The position numbers and the translations under genes are program-made. The notes below the pieces were generated by a model. That model was not told the DNA's origin and did no database searches. It saw only the letters and a program-made list of their open reading frames with translations. Shown piece after piece: positions 1 through 8,327 of a DNA stretch of 64,000 nt; position 1 is the first letter of the stretch; each line of letters begins with the position of its first letter. Source of the stretch: a virus. The DNA is taken from IMG/VR virus record IMGVR_UViG_2795385957_000004, positions 5,225 through 69,224 of that record; one strand, 5' to 3'.

Positions 1-59
1 GGCCAGGGCGGTAACCCGTACCAGCCGACTTACGTTGTACCGCAGCAGATAGGGCCGCG

Positions 60-263
60 TTGATCCGCGCGAAGATGCTGGTAGCCGGTGGCGTTATCGC
101 CGCCGGCCTACTAGTCGGGTGTGATGTCAGCGACCAGCGTACGAACACGACCGACCCAGATCTCACAGTTGCGCACATCGACGTGGATCACATTCCACGG
201 ACATGCGTTGTCTACCGGGACTACCAAAAGGGCGGGCTGTCCTGCGATTGGAGTAAGCAATGA
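60..263 (+). CDS. Small putative lipoprotein
   Basis: Hydrophobic N-terminus with lipobox LVGC; stop overlaps next start (ATGA). Confidence 0.6.
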   Translation: MIRAKMLVAGGVIAAGLLVGCDVSDQRTNTTDPDLTVAHIDVDHIPRTCVVYRDYQKGGLSCDWSKQ

Positions 264-580
264 GCAAAAACAAAACCCCGGCTATCCCCGGACTCAAACG
301 CGCTCTGCACCGCGCGATCACACTTCCGTTCTCAACAAAGATCACGGGCCGCAACCTCGGCGCGGTCTCGCAGATCGCATCGAAACTCGCTGAGGGAACC
401 GGCAATCCGGTGACCATGAAAGTCAAGTTTCGCGGCGACGGTGCACTGGAGTACGTGTACGTCAACGGTGCCAAGATGCAGCCCGGTACGTACCTGCTGC
501 TGTCCGCGCACAGCAACGCGCTGGTGAATCAGCCTGCCGGTACTTACGAGAAACACTTTCAGGAGCACGAACTGCTATGA
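260..580 (+). CDS. Hypothetical phage protein
   Basis: ATGA overlaps with both neighbours. Confidence 0.65.
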   Translation: MSKNKTPAIPGLKRALHRAITLPFSTKITGRNLGAVSQIASKLAEGTGNPVTMKVKFRGDGALEYVYVNGAKMQPGTYLLLSAHSNALVNQPAGTYEKHFQEHELL

Positions 581-2013
581 GCACCTTCATTCAGGAACTA
601 CAGCGCGGAAACAATTTTGGGCGCACCGCCAACGGTGCAGTGACCAACACGTCGAGCCTTGATCCCGTCGTGGACTTCTTTAGCACAGCGGGCGCGATGC
701 GCGGCAAGGAGAAGCAGGCCGCGCAGCTGTTCGCCAAGGCGTTCCGGTTCGACCGGCAGACGGCGATTCGCACCCTGTTCTATCTGCGCGACGTGCGCGG
801 CGGGCAAGGTGAGCGCAGCGTGTTCCGCGAGTGCTACCGCACTCTGGCGATCATGGATGCCGCGTTGGCTGAGAAGCTGTTGGTTCACGTGCCCGAGTAC
901 GGGCGCTGGGATGACATCTTCTACGACGGCGCGAACGTCACTGACGGCATGGCGTACCTGATCGCACATCAGCTTGAGGAAGACGCGGTGAACGCGAACG
1001 CCGGTAGGGCCATGTCGCTGCTGGCGAAGTGGTTGCCCTCGGATTCGGTCAAGAGTGCCCAGCGCCGCAAGTTGCAGATCAGCCTCCGCAAGCGTCTGGG
1101 GTTGGATCAGCGTACGTACCGCAAGCTGTTGTCGGCGTTGCGTGATCGTCTTGGCCTGCTTGAGACGGACATGTCGGCCAAGAACTGGGACAAGATCGAC
1201 TTTTCCAAGCTGCCAGGGCAGGCGCATCGTCGGCATGTGAAGGCGTTTTGGCGCAATACCGATGGCCGCTACGCGAAGTATTTGGAGTCTTTGGAGCGCG
1301 GCGAGACGAGGGCCAATACGTCCACGCTGTACCCGTACGAGCTGTACGAGATGGCTCACCGGCACGGCGAGGCATCGGCAGCTAATGCGTTGTGGAAGAA
1401 CCTGCCGGACTACACGCGCGGTGATGAGGCAATCGTCATGGCCGACGTGTCCGGGTCGATGCGTGGCCGTCCGATGTCGGTATCGGTGTCTTTGGCACTG
1501 TATTTCGCCGAACGCAACACCGGGCCGTACAACGGTTACTTCATGACGTTTTCTGAGAAGCCGGAGCTTGTGACCTTGGCCGGGGCCAACCTGCACGACA
1601 AGCTGCGCAATATCGAGCGGTCGTCGTGGGGCTACAACACGAACATCGTGGCGGCACTCGATGCGATCTTGCAGGCCGGAATCCGTTCAGGCAGTGTGCC
1701 CAAGACGCTGTACATCGTGTCCGACATGGAGTTCGACCAGGCATCACCGCTACAGCGTGGGCATGGCTGGACAACGATTTTCGAGGCCGCGAAGGCAGAG
1801 TTCGCCCGTCACGGGTGGAATCTGCCGCACATCGTGTTCTGGAATGTCAACGGGCGCATCGGTAACCAGCCCGCCCTTGCCCATGACGGCAACGTGACGC
1901 TGGTATCCGGGTTCTCGCCGACGACGTTCAGCCAGGCCGTGGAGGGTAAGACCCCACGTGAGCTGGTTGACTCGGTGGTGAACGGTCCACGGTACGAACA
2001 GATTGTGGTTTAA
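577..2013 (+). CDS. DUF2828-family protein with C-terminal vWA (MIDAS) domain; Ro60/TROVE-like RNA-binding protein (inferred)
   Basis: Motifs YLRDVRGGQGER, PEYGRWDD, LLAKWLPS, TLYPYE typical of DUF2828; vWA MIDAS DVSGSM...T...SDMEFD; 478 aa. Confidence 0.85.
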   Translation: MSTFIQELQRGNNFGRTANGAVTNTSSLDPVVDFFSTAGAMRGKEKQAAQLFAKAFRFDRQTAIRTLFYLRDVRGGQGERSVFRECYRTLAIMDAALAEKLLVHVPEYGRWDDIFYDGANVTDGMAYLIAHQLEEDAVNANAGRAMSLLAKWLPSDSVKSAQRRKLQISLRKRLGLDQRTYRKLLSALRDRLGLLETDMSAKNWDKIDFSKLPGQAHRRHVKAFWRNTDGRYAKYLESLERGETRANTSTLYPYELYEMAHRHGEASAANALWKNLPDYTRGDEAIVMADVSGSMRGRPMSVSVSLALYFAERNTGPYNGYFMTFSEKPELVTLAGANLHDKLRNIERSSWGYNTNIVAALDAILQAGIRSGSVPKTLYIVSDMEFDQASPLQRGHGWTTIFEAAKAEFARHGWNLPHIVFWNVNGRIGNQPALAHDGNVTLVSGFSPTTFSQAVEGKTPRELVDSVVNGPRYEQIVV

Positions 2014-2029
2014 GTATTTCGAATACCGG

Positions 2030-2059
2030 TTGGGAATGTCGTCCCCCCGGTGTTACGGT
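2030..2059 (+). promoter_or_regulatory. Putative sigma-A promoter for the ncRNA array
   Basis: TTGGGA (2030-2035)-N18-TACGGT (2054-2059) with extended TG; same -10 hexamer as the promoter at 34669-34697. Confidence 0.4.
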
Positions 2060-2070
2060 AAAGATGGTTG

Positions 2071-2127
2071 TGGACGCAGACAGCAACTAAACATACTTTC
2101 AATTTGGTGAAAATATAAATGCGTCCA
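2071..2127 (+). ncRNA. Stem-closed small RNA unit 1 (ACAGCAACT motif)
   Basis: TGGACGCA 2071-2078 pairs with TGCGTCCA 2120-2127; ACAGCAACTAAAC at 2080-2092; inner hairpin TTTCA-ATTTGG-TGAAA. Confidence 0.7.
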
Positions 2128-2130
2128 GTG

Positions 2131-2252
2131 TGGACCTTTACAGCAACTAAACGATTGCATAGTAAAGCCGGAGATGCAGGTTCGAGTCCTGTCCCCGCTG
2201 TGAAGGCGGGTGTGGCTCAAGGGTAGAGCGCCGTTATCAAACCAAGGGTCCA
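2131..2252 (+). ncRNA. Y-RNA-like (YrlA-like) RNA with circularly permuted tRNA-mimic domain, unit 2
   Basis: Closing stem TGGACCTTT/AAGGGTCCA; ACAGCAACTAAAC 2140-2152. T-arm GCAGG-TTCGAGT-CCTGT (2176-2192) precedes a loop-closed acceptor-like stem CCCGCT/GGCGGG (2194-2210), then D-arm GCTC-AAGGGTA-GAGC (2215-2229). No anticodon loop. Confidence 0.85.
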
Positions 2253-2265
2253 GTTAATGCGGTTG

Positions 2266-2325
2266 AGGACATAAACAGCAACTTCACATCATTGATTGCA
2301 TTCAATATCAAAAAATGTGTGTCCT
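2266..2325 (+). ncRNA. Stem-closed small RNA unit 3 (ACAGCAACT motif)
   Basis: AGGACATA 2266-2273 pairs with TGTGTCCT 2318-2325; ACAGCAACT 2275-2283; inner hairpin ATTGA-TTGCAT-TCAAT. Confidence 0.7.
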
Positions 2326-2340
2326 GTTAGACCGCGTTGT

Positions 2341-2381
2341 GAGCCGACCAGCCTCGGGGGGTGCTGGTCGGCTCTTCTCGT
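2341..2381 (+). terminator. Intrinsic terminator-like hairpin closing the ncRNA array
   Basis: 12-bp perfect stem GAGCCGACCAGC/GCTGGTCGGCTC followed by TTCTCGT. Confidence 0.65.
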
Positions 2382-2406
2382 ATCTACTCACCTATGAGGG
2401 AGAATC

Positions 2407-2853
2407 ATGCCTGAACTCAATGTGGAGCGTTTGAAGGCGATCCGCGATCTGATCAAGTTGGACCCCACCAAGCACGTCCAGAGGTACTGGGCACAGTTCG
2501 ATACCTCCGAGCTACCGAAGGCCGAAGACGGTGGACCAGTTGAGGTTTCGTGTGGTACCGCCGCGTGTGTCGCTGGCTGGGCTTGCCAGATGGAAGGCGA
2601 CAAGTTCTCGATCTCTCGATTCGAATTAATGGGTGCGCCAAGCAAAGTGACCGCCGACTTTGTGCGCAGCGAAGACGGCGAAGTGCATTTCATTGCCGAT
2701 CGAGCACGGGAGATTTTGGGTCTGGACCGTGAGACATCAAACATCGTTTTCTGCGAGGCGTGGTCAACAAAGCAGGTGCTCAAGATCCTTAAGGCACTGA
2801 TCAAGACCGGCGAGATTCCGCAGAAGTACATCAACAAATACGAGGACTTCTGA
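2407..2853 (+). CDS. Hypothetical phage protein
   Basis: Good RBS (GAGGGAG); contains a CGTAACVAGWA motif. Confidence 0.7.
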   Translation: MPELNVERLKAIRDLIKLDPTKHVQRYWAQFDTSELPKAEDGGPVEVSCGTAACVAGWACQMEGDKFSISRFELMGAPSKVTADFVRSEDGEVHFIADRAREILGLDRETSNIVFCEAWSTKQVLKILKALIKTGEIPQKYINKYEDF

Positions 2854-2992
2854 TGGACACCGATGACGGGACGTGGGTCCCGGTGCCCGGACGCGCGCAG
2901 CGTCGCCGGATCACTCGGGGCGTCGGCAAGGTCAAACCGCAACGGAGCCGCATGCGGCGCAAAGCGCGTAAGGCGCGCACAGGCGGCGTGAA

Positions 2993-3391
2993 ATGACGGT
3001 CCTATTGGACCCTGCGGGCACCGCACGCAGGTCTGGAGATGGCGTGTACGCGTTATGCGTTGCCGAGGCCGTCAACGCGGTCACCGCGCGGTGGATGCTG
3101 TCCAAGCCTGACGGCGCAAGCTACTGGGCAGCGGACGGCACTGTGGCTGACTGGGAGGTGGTGTACAAGCCGCCGATTCCGGTCGGAAGGGTCTATTACC
3201 GGAACAACACCGATAACGGGTTTGAGGTGGTCGTACAGACCCGTAAGGGTCAACTCTGGGTCGTAGAGAGTGGACACACTTACTTCTGCAACCCCAGTGA
3301 CGAGGAACCGTACGACGACGAGGACGGCAAGTGGACAATGGTCCAGCTCGGGGGAGTTGGTGGCACAGTCACAGATTCACGCCGAGACTAG
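2993..3391 (+). CDS. Hypothetical protein
   Basis: In operon; protein-like composition. Confidence 0.55.
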   Translation: MTVLLDPAGTARRSGDGVYALCVAEAVNAVTARWMLSKPDGASYWAADGTVADWEVVYKPPIPVGRVYYRNNTDNGFEVVVQTRKGQLWVVESGHTYFCNPSDEEPYDDEDGKWTMVQLGGVGGTVTDSRRD

Positions 3392-3758
3392 CGCACGCCA
3401 CTTTGGCGGAAAGCCCGACGACTACATAGCGATCCACGAATGGATCGACCAATTCAAAAGCGTTGTGGGTGACGTGTCGCATCGCCAGTACCTCCACAAC
3501 TCCAAAGGCCCGTGGATGGCTCAGGAAGTGTTTGGCCGCTACATTGAAAATTCGGCCGGCAAGAAGGTCCTTGTCCGAGAGATAGCGGAGAACCATGTGG
3601 TGGAGGACTTGGGCTGGATTCCTTCTCCGGCTGACTGGTCTGCCTGCCTGACATGCAAGGTGTGGATGGGCGGCAAACGCAACAAATTCATTGGGCGAGA
3701 AGAACTGCTTGAGCAGTCCTTGCCTCACCCGAATAAAAGCAGGGGGAACGATGACTGA
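3360..3758 (+). CDS. DUF6915-like conserved phage protein
   Basis: GTG start at 3360 after GGGGAG; HAETSARHFGG...IHEWID...HRQYLH...IAENHVVEDLG pattern. Confidence 0.65.
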   Translation: MAQSQIHAETSARHFGGKPDDYIAIHEWIDQFKSVVGDVSHRQYLHNSKGPWMAQEVFGRYIENSAGKKVLVREIAENHVVEDLGWIPSPADWSACLTCKVWMGGKRNKFIGREELLEQSLPHPNKSRGNDD

Positions 3759-4329
3759 TGGCTTGCTAGGCCATGAAATCAACGGCAACATCACGTATTA
3801 CGGGCGCAGGCAAACCGAGCAACACGATCCAGCAGAGCTAGTCGCGGCGCTGGACAAACTGTTTGCCTTCCCCGAGGTGGTGTCGGTGCGGTGGGCGCAG
3901 TACACACCATACTTCAACGACGGCGACGCCTGCACGTTCAGCGCGCACGAGGCGCGCACGAAACTAGTTGACACCGATGAGGAAGCCGGCGACTACGAGG
4001 ACGGGTTCATTAGCTCATCGGGCGATTGGCCTGCGGACTACTTTGAAACCCATTCCTACGGTGAGTGGTTCCGCGATCCGGGCACCGGGCGGTCAGCGCG
4101 GGTGTACCCGGCGGGTAAGTCTCCGGTGGACTATGCCGACCGTGAGCTGTTTGTCAATGGTGTTGTCCGTAAGGACATTCAGGAAGCCATGAGCGCCGTT
4201 GAGTCTGCGGTTGGCGGCGGGCATCACGAGGCCATCCTGCATGAGAAGTTCGGCGATCCTGCTGAGGTAACCGTTGTCCGCGAGGGCGATACCTACAAGT
4301 TCGATGTCGAGCACTACGAGCACGACTAG
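3751..4329 (+). CDS. Conserved hypothetical phage protein
   Basis: ATG 3751 after GGGGG; WAQYTPYFNDGDAC motif. Confidence 0.7.
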   Translation: MTDGLLGHEINGNITYYGRRQTEQHDPAELVAALDKLFAFPEVVSVRWAQYTPYFNDGDACTFSAHEARTKLVDTDEEAGDYEDGFISSSGDWPADYFETHSYGEWFRDPGTGRSARVYPAGKSPVDYADRELFVNGVVRKDIQEAMSAVESAVGGGHHEAILHEKFGDPAEVTVVREGDTYKFDVEHYEHD

Positions 4330-4357
4330 TTGAATAGCCGTGGGGGCGGCATGACGA

Positions 4358-5329
4358 TTGACTGACTATCAAGTAAAACGAGACTATTGGGACAGACCAA
4401 TCGTTATGCCCCCCGAGGCGGGGCCGCTCACGGGGCAATGGCGAGAAGGCAAGGGGCGCGATGGAAAACACAAACGATGGTGGTATTCCAAGGACGGCAA
4501 GGGCTACAGCCGCGCCTCGGGTGCGGGTAAGGGCCTGGACACTAAAGAGAACCTTATCGAGTGGGCGTGCTGTCAGGCTGCGGTCGGAATCCTTCTCGAC
4601 AACGCGGCACGCTCTGAGGTCGCGACCCTCATCAACGAGTACGACGCCGATCCTTGGTACAAGGGTGACGACGGCGGAACCCGATCCGGCAAGGATCGAC
4701 TCAAGGCGGCGGTCGAGCAGGCCCGGAACACAGCCGGTCAACACACTGCGTCTTCTGCTGGCACTGAGTTTCATAAGCTGGGCGAGCTACACAATCAGGG
4801 CAAGGTCCCGCGCATCGTCCAAGAGCAGTGGGTAGACAAGTTCGAGCAGTACAAGCACGCGGTTGAACCTATCGGTTTCTTGGCGCAAGAGCTGTTGGTA
4901 GTCAACGACATTCTGGAATTGGCCGGTTCGGTCGATTACCTCATGGAGTTGCCTGCCGGTCTCACGACGCCCGATGGCACGTACCACCCGGAGAAATTCG
5001 TGTGTGTAGGCGACCTCAAAACAGGTCGCTGGGACTCCAAACGTCCGATGAGTGTGACGTGCCAGTTGGCGGCCTATGGGACCGGGAAACGCTACGACCA
5101 AGAGACAAACACTCGCACTGAGCTACATGAGCGCATCAACACCGATTGGGGTGTGATGGTGCACTTTCCGATCATGAACGATCCTGCCGAAGTGCGGTTC
5201 TACTGGATTGATCTGCAACTAGGACTACGCGCCGCGAAGATCGGCAAACAGGTCGAGGAAGTGCGTAAGTGGTTTTCGCGCAAGGAATCCGATCCGAGGG
5301 AATTGGTGATACGTGACCACGCATGGTGA
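4358..5329 (+). CDS. PD-(D/E)XK (RecB/Cas4-like) exonuclease
   Basis: GTEFH, ELLVV, AGSVD, VGDLKTG, QLAAY motifs; near the ERF annealing protein. Confidence 0.75.
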   Translation: MTDYQVKRDYWDRPIVMPPEAGPLTGQWREGKGRDGKHKRWWYSKDGKGYSRASGAGKGLDTKENLIEWACCQAAVGILLDNAARSEVATLINEYDADPWYKGDDGGTRSGKDRLKAAVEQARNTAGQHTASSAGTEFHKLGELHNQGKVPRIVQEQWVDKFEQYKHAVEPIGFLAQELLVVNDILELAGSVDYLMELPAGLTTPDGTYHPEKFVCVGDLKTGRWDSKRPMSVTCQLAAYGTGKRYDQETNTRTELHERINTDWGVMVHFPIMNDPAEVRFYWIDLQLGLRAAKIGKQVEEVRKWFSRKESDPRELVIRDHAW

Positions 5330-6128
5330 TTTAGATCGAACGGGCTCGGTGGATGCCGGGGTGTCTCCGTTTGATGCGATCAAACAGGTGACAGCCGATG
5401 GCCGCGAGTTCTGGTCGGCCCGCGACCTCATGCCGCTGCTGGGATACGGTGCCGACTGGCGAAATTTCGCTGCTGCTATTGAACGCGCACGGGTTGCCGC
5501 CGAAGGCCAGGGGCACGACTCGTCCGAGGTTTTCGTTGGCGTCACCGAAAATGCAGGTCAACACGGCGGTCGCCCACGTCAGGACTACCACCTGTCTCGA
5601 TACGCCGCCTATCTGGTGGCGATGAACGGCGACCCACGTAAAGCGGAAGTCGCGGCGGCTCAGACGTACTTCGCGGTGCGGACGCGACAGGCCGAGGTGG
5701 CCGAGGTGCCGGTTTTCCAGATACCACGGACCCTGCCGGATGCCTTGCGGTTGGCAGCTGATCAGGCTGAACGCGCTGAACTGGCCGAGGCTCGCGTACT
5801 CCAACTGGATGCCAAAGTGGAGGCCGATGCGCCGAAGGTGGCTGCCTATGAGCGGTTCATGGACGATGACGGCCTCTACAGTGTGGGTGCCGTCGCCAAG
5901 ATCCTCGGTTGGGGCCAGAACAAGCTATTCGCTGAACTGCGCAACAGGGGAGTCCTGATTGCCGAGGGCCATATGCGCAATACGCCCTATCAGGTGTACA
6001 TGCGGCACTTCGATGTCCGGATTCACGAACATCAACTGTCAGATGGCACGTTGACGGCTTCCTACGTCACGAAGGTTCGCCCCTCGGGTATCGAGTTCAT
6101 TGCCAAGAAAGTAGGGGAATTGCAATGA
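5313..6128 (+). CDS. Phage antirepressor (Bro-N/DinD-like N-terminus, ANT/KilAC C-terminus)
   Basis: EFWSARDLMPLLGY..WRNF; AAAQTYFA; TLPDALRLAAD...APKV...GQNKLF..LR..G. Confidence 0.85.
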   Translation: MTTHGDLDRTGSVDAGVSPFDAIKQVTADGREFWSARDLMPLLGYGADWRNFAAAIERARVAAEGQGHDSSEVFVGVTENAGQHGGRPRQDYHLSRYAAYLVAMNGDPRKAEVAAAQTYFAVRTRQAEVAEVPVFQIPRTLPDALRLAADQAERAELAEARVLQLDAKVEADAPKVAAYERFMDDDGLYSVGAVAKILGWGQNKLFAELRNRGVLIAEGHMRNTPYQVYMRHFDVRIHEHQLSDGTLTASYVTKVRPSGIEFIAKKVGELQ

Positions 6129-6910
6129 CAGCACCGACAACGACGCGGCGACGAGCCGCCAAGAAGGCCGACGACACGGCAACCGAAGACGCGCCAACAG
6201 AGGGTTCGGGCACTGTGGTCGAAGCGCAGGGTCCGGTGCGGACCGTGTTCGAGGCATGGAACGCGGTTATGCGTGAAGTGCGTTCGATCAGCAAGGGCCA
6301 ACGTAATGCGCAGCAGGGATTCAATTTTCGCGGCATTGATGCGGTGATGGATGCTGTTGGTCCAGCGCTGCGTGACCATGGCGTCGTAGTGATCCCGGAT
6401 GCGGTATCGCAGGAATCCGAGCGGTATACCACCACCAAGGGTGGGCAGATGGTGAACCGCATTGTCGAGATGGGTTACACCGTCTATGGGCCTGCCGGTG
6501 ATTGCTTCCGAGGTTCTACGTTCGGCGAAGCAGCAGATGCCGGAGACAAAGCGATGTCCAAAGCCGAATCGGTGGCTTATCGCACGTTCCTGTTGCAGGC
6601 GCTGACTATGCCGACCGGGGAACCGGAGCCGGATGCTAGTGCCCATGAGCGCGGCACCCCGGCGACGGCTGCTCGCGCGCAGGGCAAGCCGGTACAGACG
6701 CAGTTGCCTCCGGAGAACGCCGAGTCCAAGCAGCAGCGCGAAGACTTGAAGGCAGTCGCCACGGAGAACGGCTGGGATCTGGGCGCGGTCGCGAAGGCAT
6801 TCGAGAAGGGCAGTGAGGGCAAGCAGTTGCGTGAGGCATCGCCCGATGAGGTGGCCGCGTTCACGAACAGTCTTGTGGGCGGGCTTGTGTCGGGATTCAA
6901 GACGAAATGA
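6125..6910 (+). CDS. ERF-family ssDNA annealing protein
   Basis: FNFRGIDAV...ALRDHGV and GEAADAGDKAMSKAESVAYRTFLLQ motifs. Confidence 0.8.
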   Translation: MTAPTTTRRRAAKKADDTATEDAPTEGSGTVVEAQGPVRTVFEAWNAVMREVRSISKGQRNAQQGFNFRGIDAVMDAVGPALRDHGVVVIPDAVSQESERYTTTKGGQMVNRIVEMGYTVYGPAGDCFRGSTFGEAADAGDKAMSKAESVAYRTFLLQALTMPTGEPEPDASAHERGTPATAARAQGKPVQTQLPPENAESKQQREDLKAVATENGWDLGAVAKAFEKGSEGKQLREASPDEVAAFTNSLVGGLVSGFKTK

Positions 6911-7098
6911 GCACGTTCGGTGCCCTGGTGGGGTCGTTGGCCACCTCACCAGGGCTGACGTTGCCGTGCGAAGAATGCACCGACCGGACCGCAACGTTCG
7001 CGGTCGGTCATTTCGATCACTGGCTGGTGTGTGAGCCGTGCCTTGATTGGGGAGATAAGCGGCGCTGGTGGAATGCGCTGCCCGTACAGAGAATTTGA
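6907..7098 (+). CDS. Small CxxC-CxxC hypothetical protein
   Basis: ATGA overlap; two CxxC pairs. Confidence 0.55.
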   Translation: MSTFGALVGSLATSPGLTLPCEECTDRTATFAVGHFDHWLVCEPCLDWGDKRRWWNALPVQRI

Positions 7099-7113
7099 GC
7101 GAGCGGGGGGACT

Positions 7114-7467
7114 TTGAGTGACTGGAATCCGGTCTCAGTAGAACAGACGATCAACGAGACGGTCAACGAGATTGCGCAGGGCGTCAACACGGCGTCGAGC
7201 GCTTATGACGCATATCTGACGGCAGACCGTGAGTTCGATTTGGCCTATGCGCGCGCATACATGCGATGCGACGGCCCCGCGCACGCGAAGAAGTATCAGG
7301 CCGAGTTGGACACCGAAACAGAACGCATCGCCCGCGACGCGGCGGATGTGGCCTACAAGCTGGCCGACAAGACGAACAAGGCGTTGGAGCAGAAGTTGGA
7401 CGCGATTCGGTCTATCGGCGTCTCGGTGCGTCAGGCGTATCAGGTCGCGGGCAGGGGGGAATGGTGA
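7114..7467 (+). CDS. Hypothetical coiled-coil protein
   Basis: G-rich RBS; helical composition. Confidence 0.65.
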   Translation: MSDWNPVSVEQTINETVNEIAQGVNTASSAYDAYLTADREFDLAYARAYMRCDGPAHAKKYQAELDTETERIARDAADVAYKLADKTNKALEQKLDAIRSIGVSVRQAYQVAGRGEW

Positions 7468-7718
7468 GTCCACAAATGCCGGTAGCCCCGAAGGGGCACC
7501 ATTGGGCGACGATTCTGCATGACAACGAGGTTGAGGTTCAACTGGTCCGTACACAGGACTTGGTTGTGGTCGCGGATGCGTTCGTTGAGTACGTGGTTAT
7601 GGGCCGCACCTACAACGCGGTCAACGCGGTGATTCGAGGCGCGAACAAGATCACGCACCGTGTTCAGATGGCGCAGCAAGTCTTTGATGAGCTAGGTGTC
7701 ATCGCGACCACAAAGTGA
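7461..7718 (+). CDS. Hypothetical protein
   Basis: ATG 7461 after GGGGGGA; overlaps next gene GTGA. Confidence 0.55.
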   Translation: MVSPQMPVAPKGHHWATILHDNEVEVQLVRTQDLVVVADAFVEYVVMGRTYNAVNAVIRGANKITHRVQMAQQVFDELGVIATTK

Positions 7719-8068
7719 ACGAGAAACGCTGCCGGCTAGTCGTCTTTGAACGCTCGGAAGGATTCTGCGAACGCTGTTGCCGCCCGCACACAAGCTGGCG
7801 ACCGCTCACCATGCACCACCGGCTCAAACGCAGCCAGGGCGGCATATGGAGCCCGGAGAACATCGTCGCGGTGTGTGGCGACGGCGTGACCGGCTGCCAC
7901 GGACTGTTCGAGCACTACCCCGACAAAGCGGCGTCGCTGGGCTGGCACGTGCGCCCATGGCTTAACCCCGCGCAGGTGCCGTTGCTCTGGCGCGGCTCTA
8001 CGTGGGTGCTTCTGGCCCCGGAAGGAACCGTTACGAATGTGGAAGACGACGCTAGCGATACTGACTAG
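7715..8068 (+). CDS. HNH endonuclease
   Basis: CERC...MHHR..RSQGG...ENIVAVC...CH. Confidence 0.8.
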   Translation: MNEKRCRLVVFERSEGFCERCCRPHTSWRPLTMHHRLKRSQGGIWSPENIVAVCGDGVTGCHGLFEHYPDKAASLGWHVRPWLNPAQVPLLWRGSTWVLLAPEGTVTNVEDDASDTD

Positions 8069-8327
8069 CTGCGCGCTCATGGTTGGGTGCGCGCAAATCA
8101 AATACGGCACCGTGACCGATAAGAGCTATCACCCGGCCTGGACGCAATACACCACGACACAGCAATGCAGCGGTACGCCCCCGAGCCGGGTTTGCGTGCC
8201 GATTGTGACGCCCACGTTTTGGCCAGAGTCCTACCAACTGCGTCTCAAGAACAACCAGGACGAGGGCTGGCGTTCGGTCACCCGTGAGGAATACGACCGC
8301 TACAAAGTGGGTGCCAAATACCCGTGA
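8037..8327 (+). CDS. Putative lipoprotein
   Basis: Signal peptide with lipobox MVGC. Confidence 0.6.
   Translation: MWKTTLAILTSCALMVGCAQIKYGTVTDKSYHPAWTQYTTTQQCSGTPPSRVCVPIVTPTFWPESYQLRLKNNQDEGWRSVTREEYDRYKVGAKYP

Noticed and set aside
2176..2233. Conventional tRNA gene or attP tRNA fragment
   Set aside because: T-arm precedes D-arm, the acceptor is loop-closed, there is no anticodon loop, and no integrase is nearby.
2071..2325. CRISPR mini-array interpretation of the ACAGCAACT repeats
   Set aside because: Repeats are only 9-13 bp, spacing is irregular (60 and 135 bp), each unit is closed by its own long-range stem, and there is no cas operon (the 4358 exonuclease is an ordinary phage recombination nuclease).
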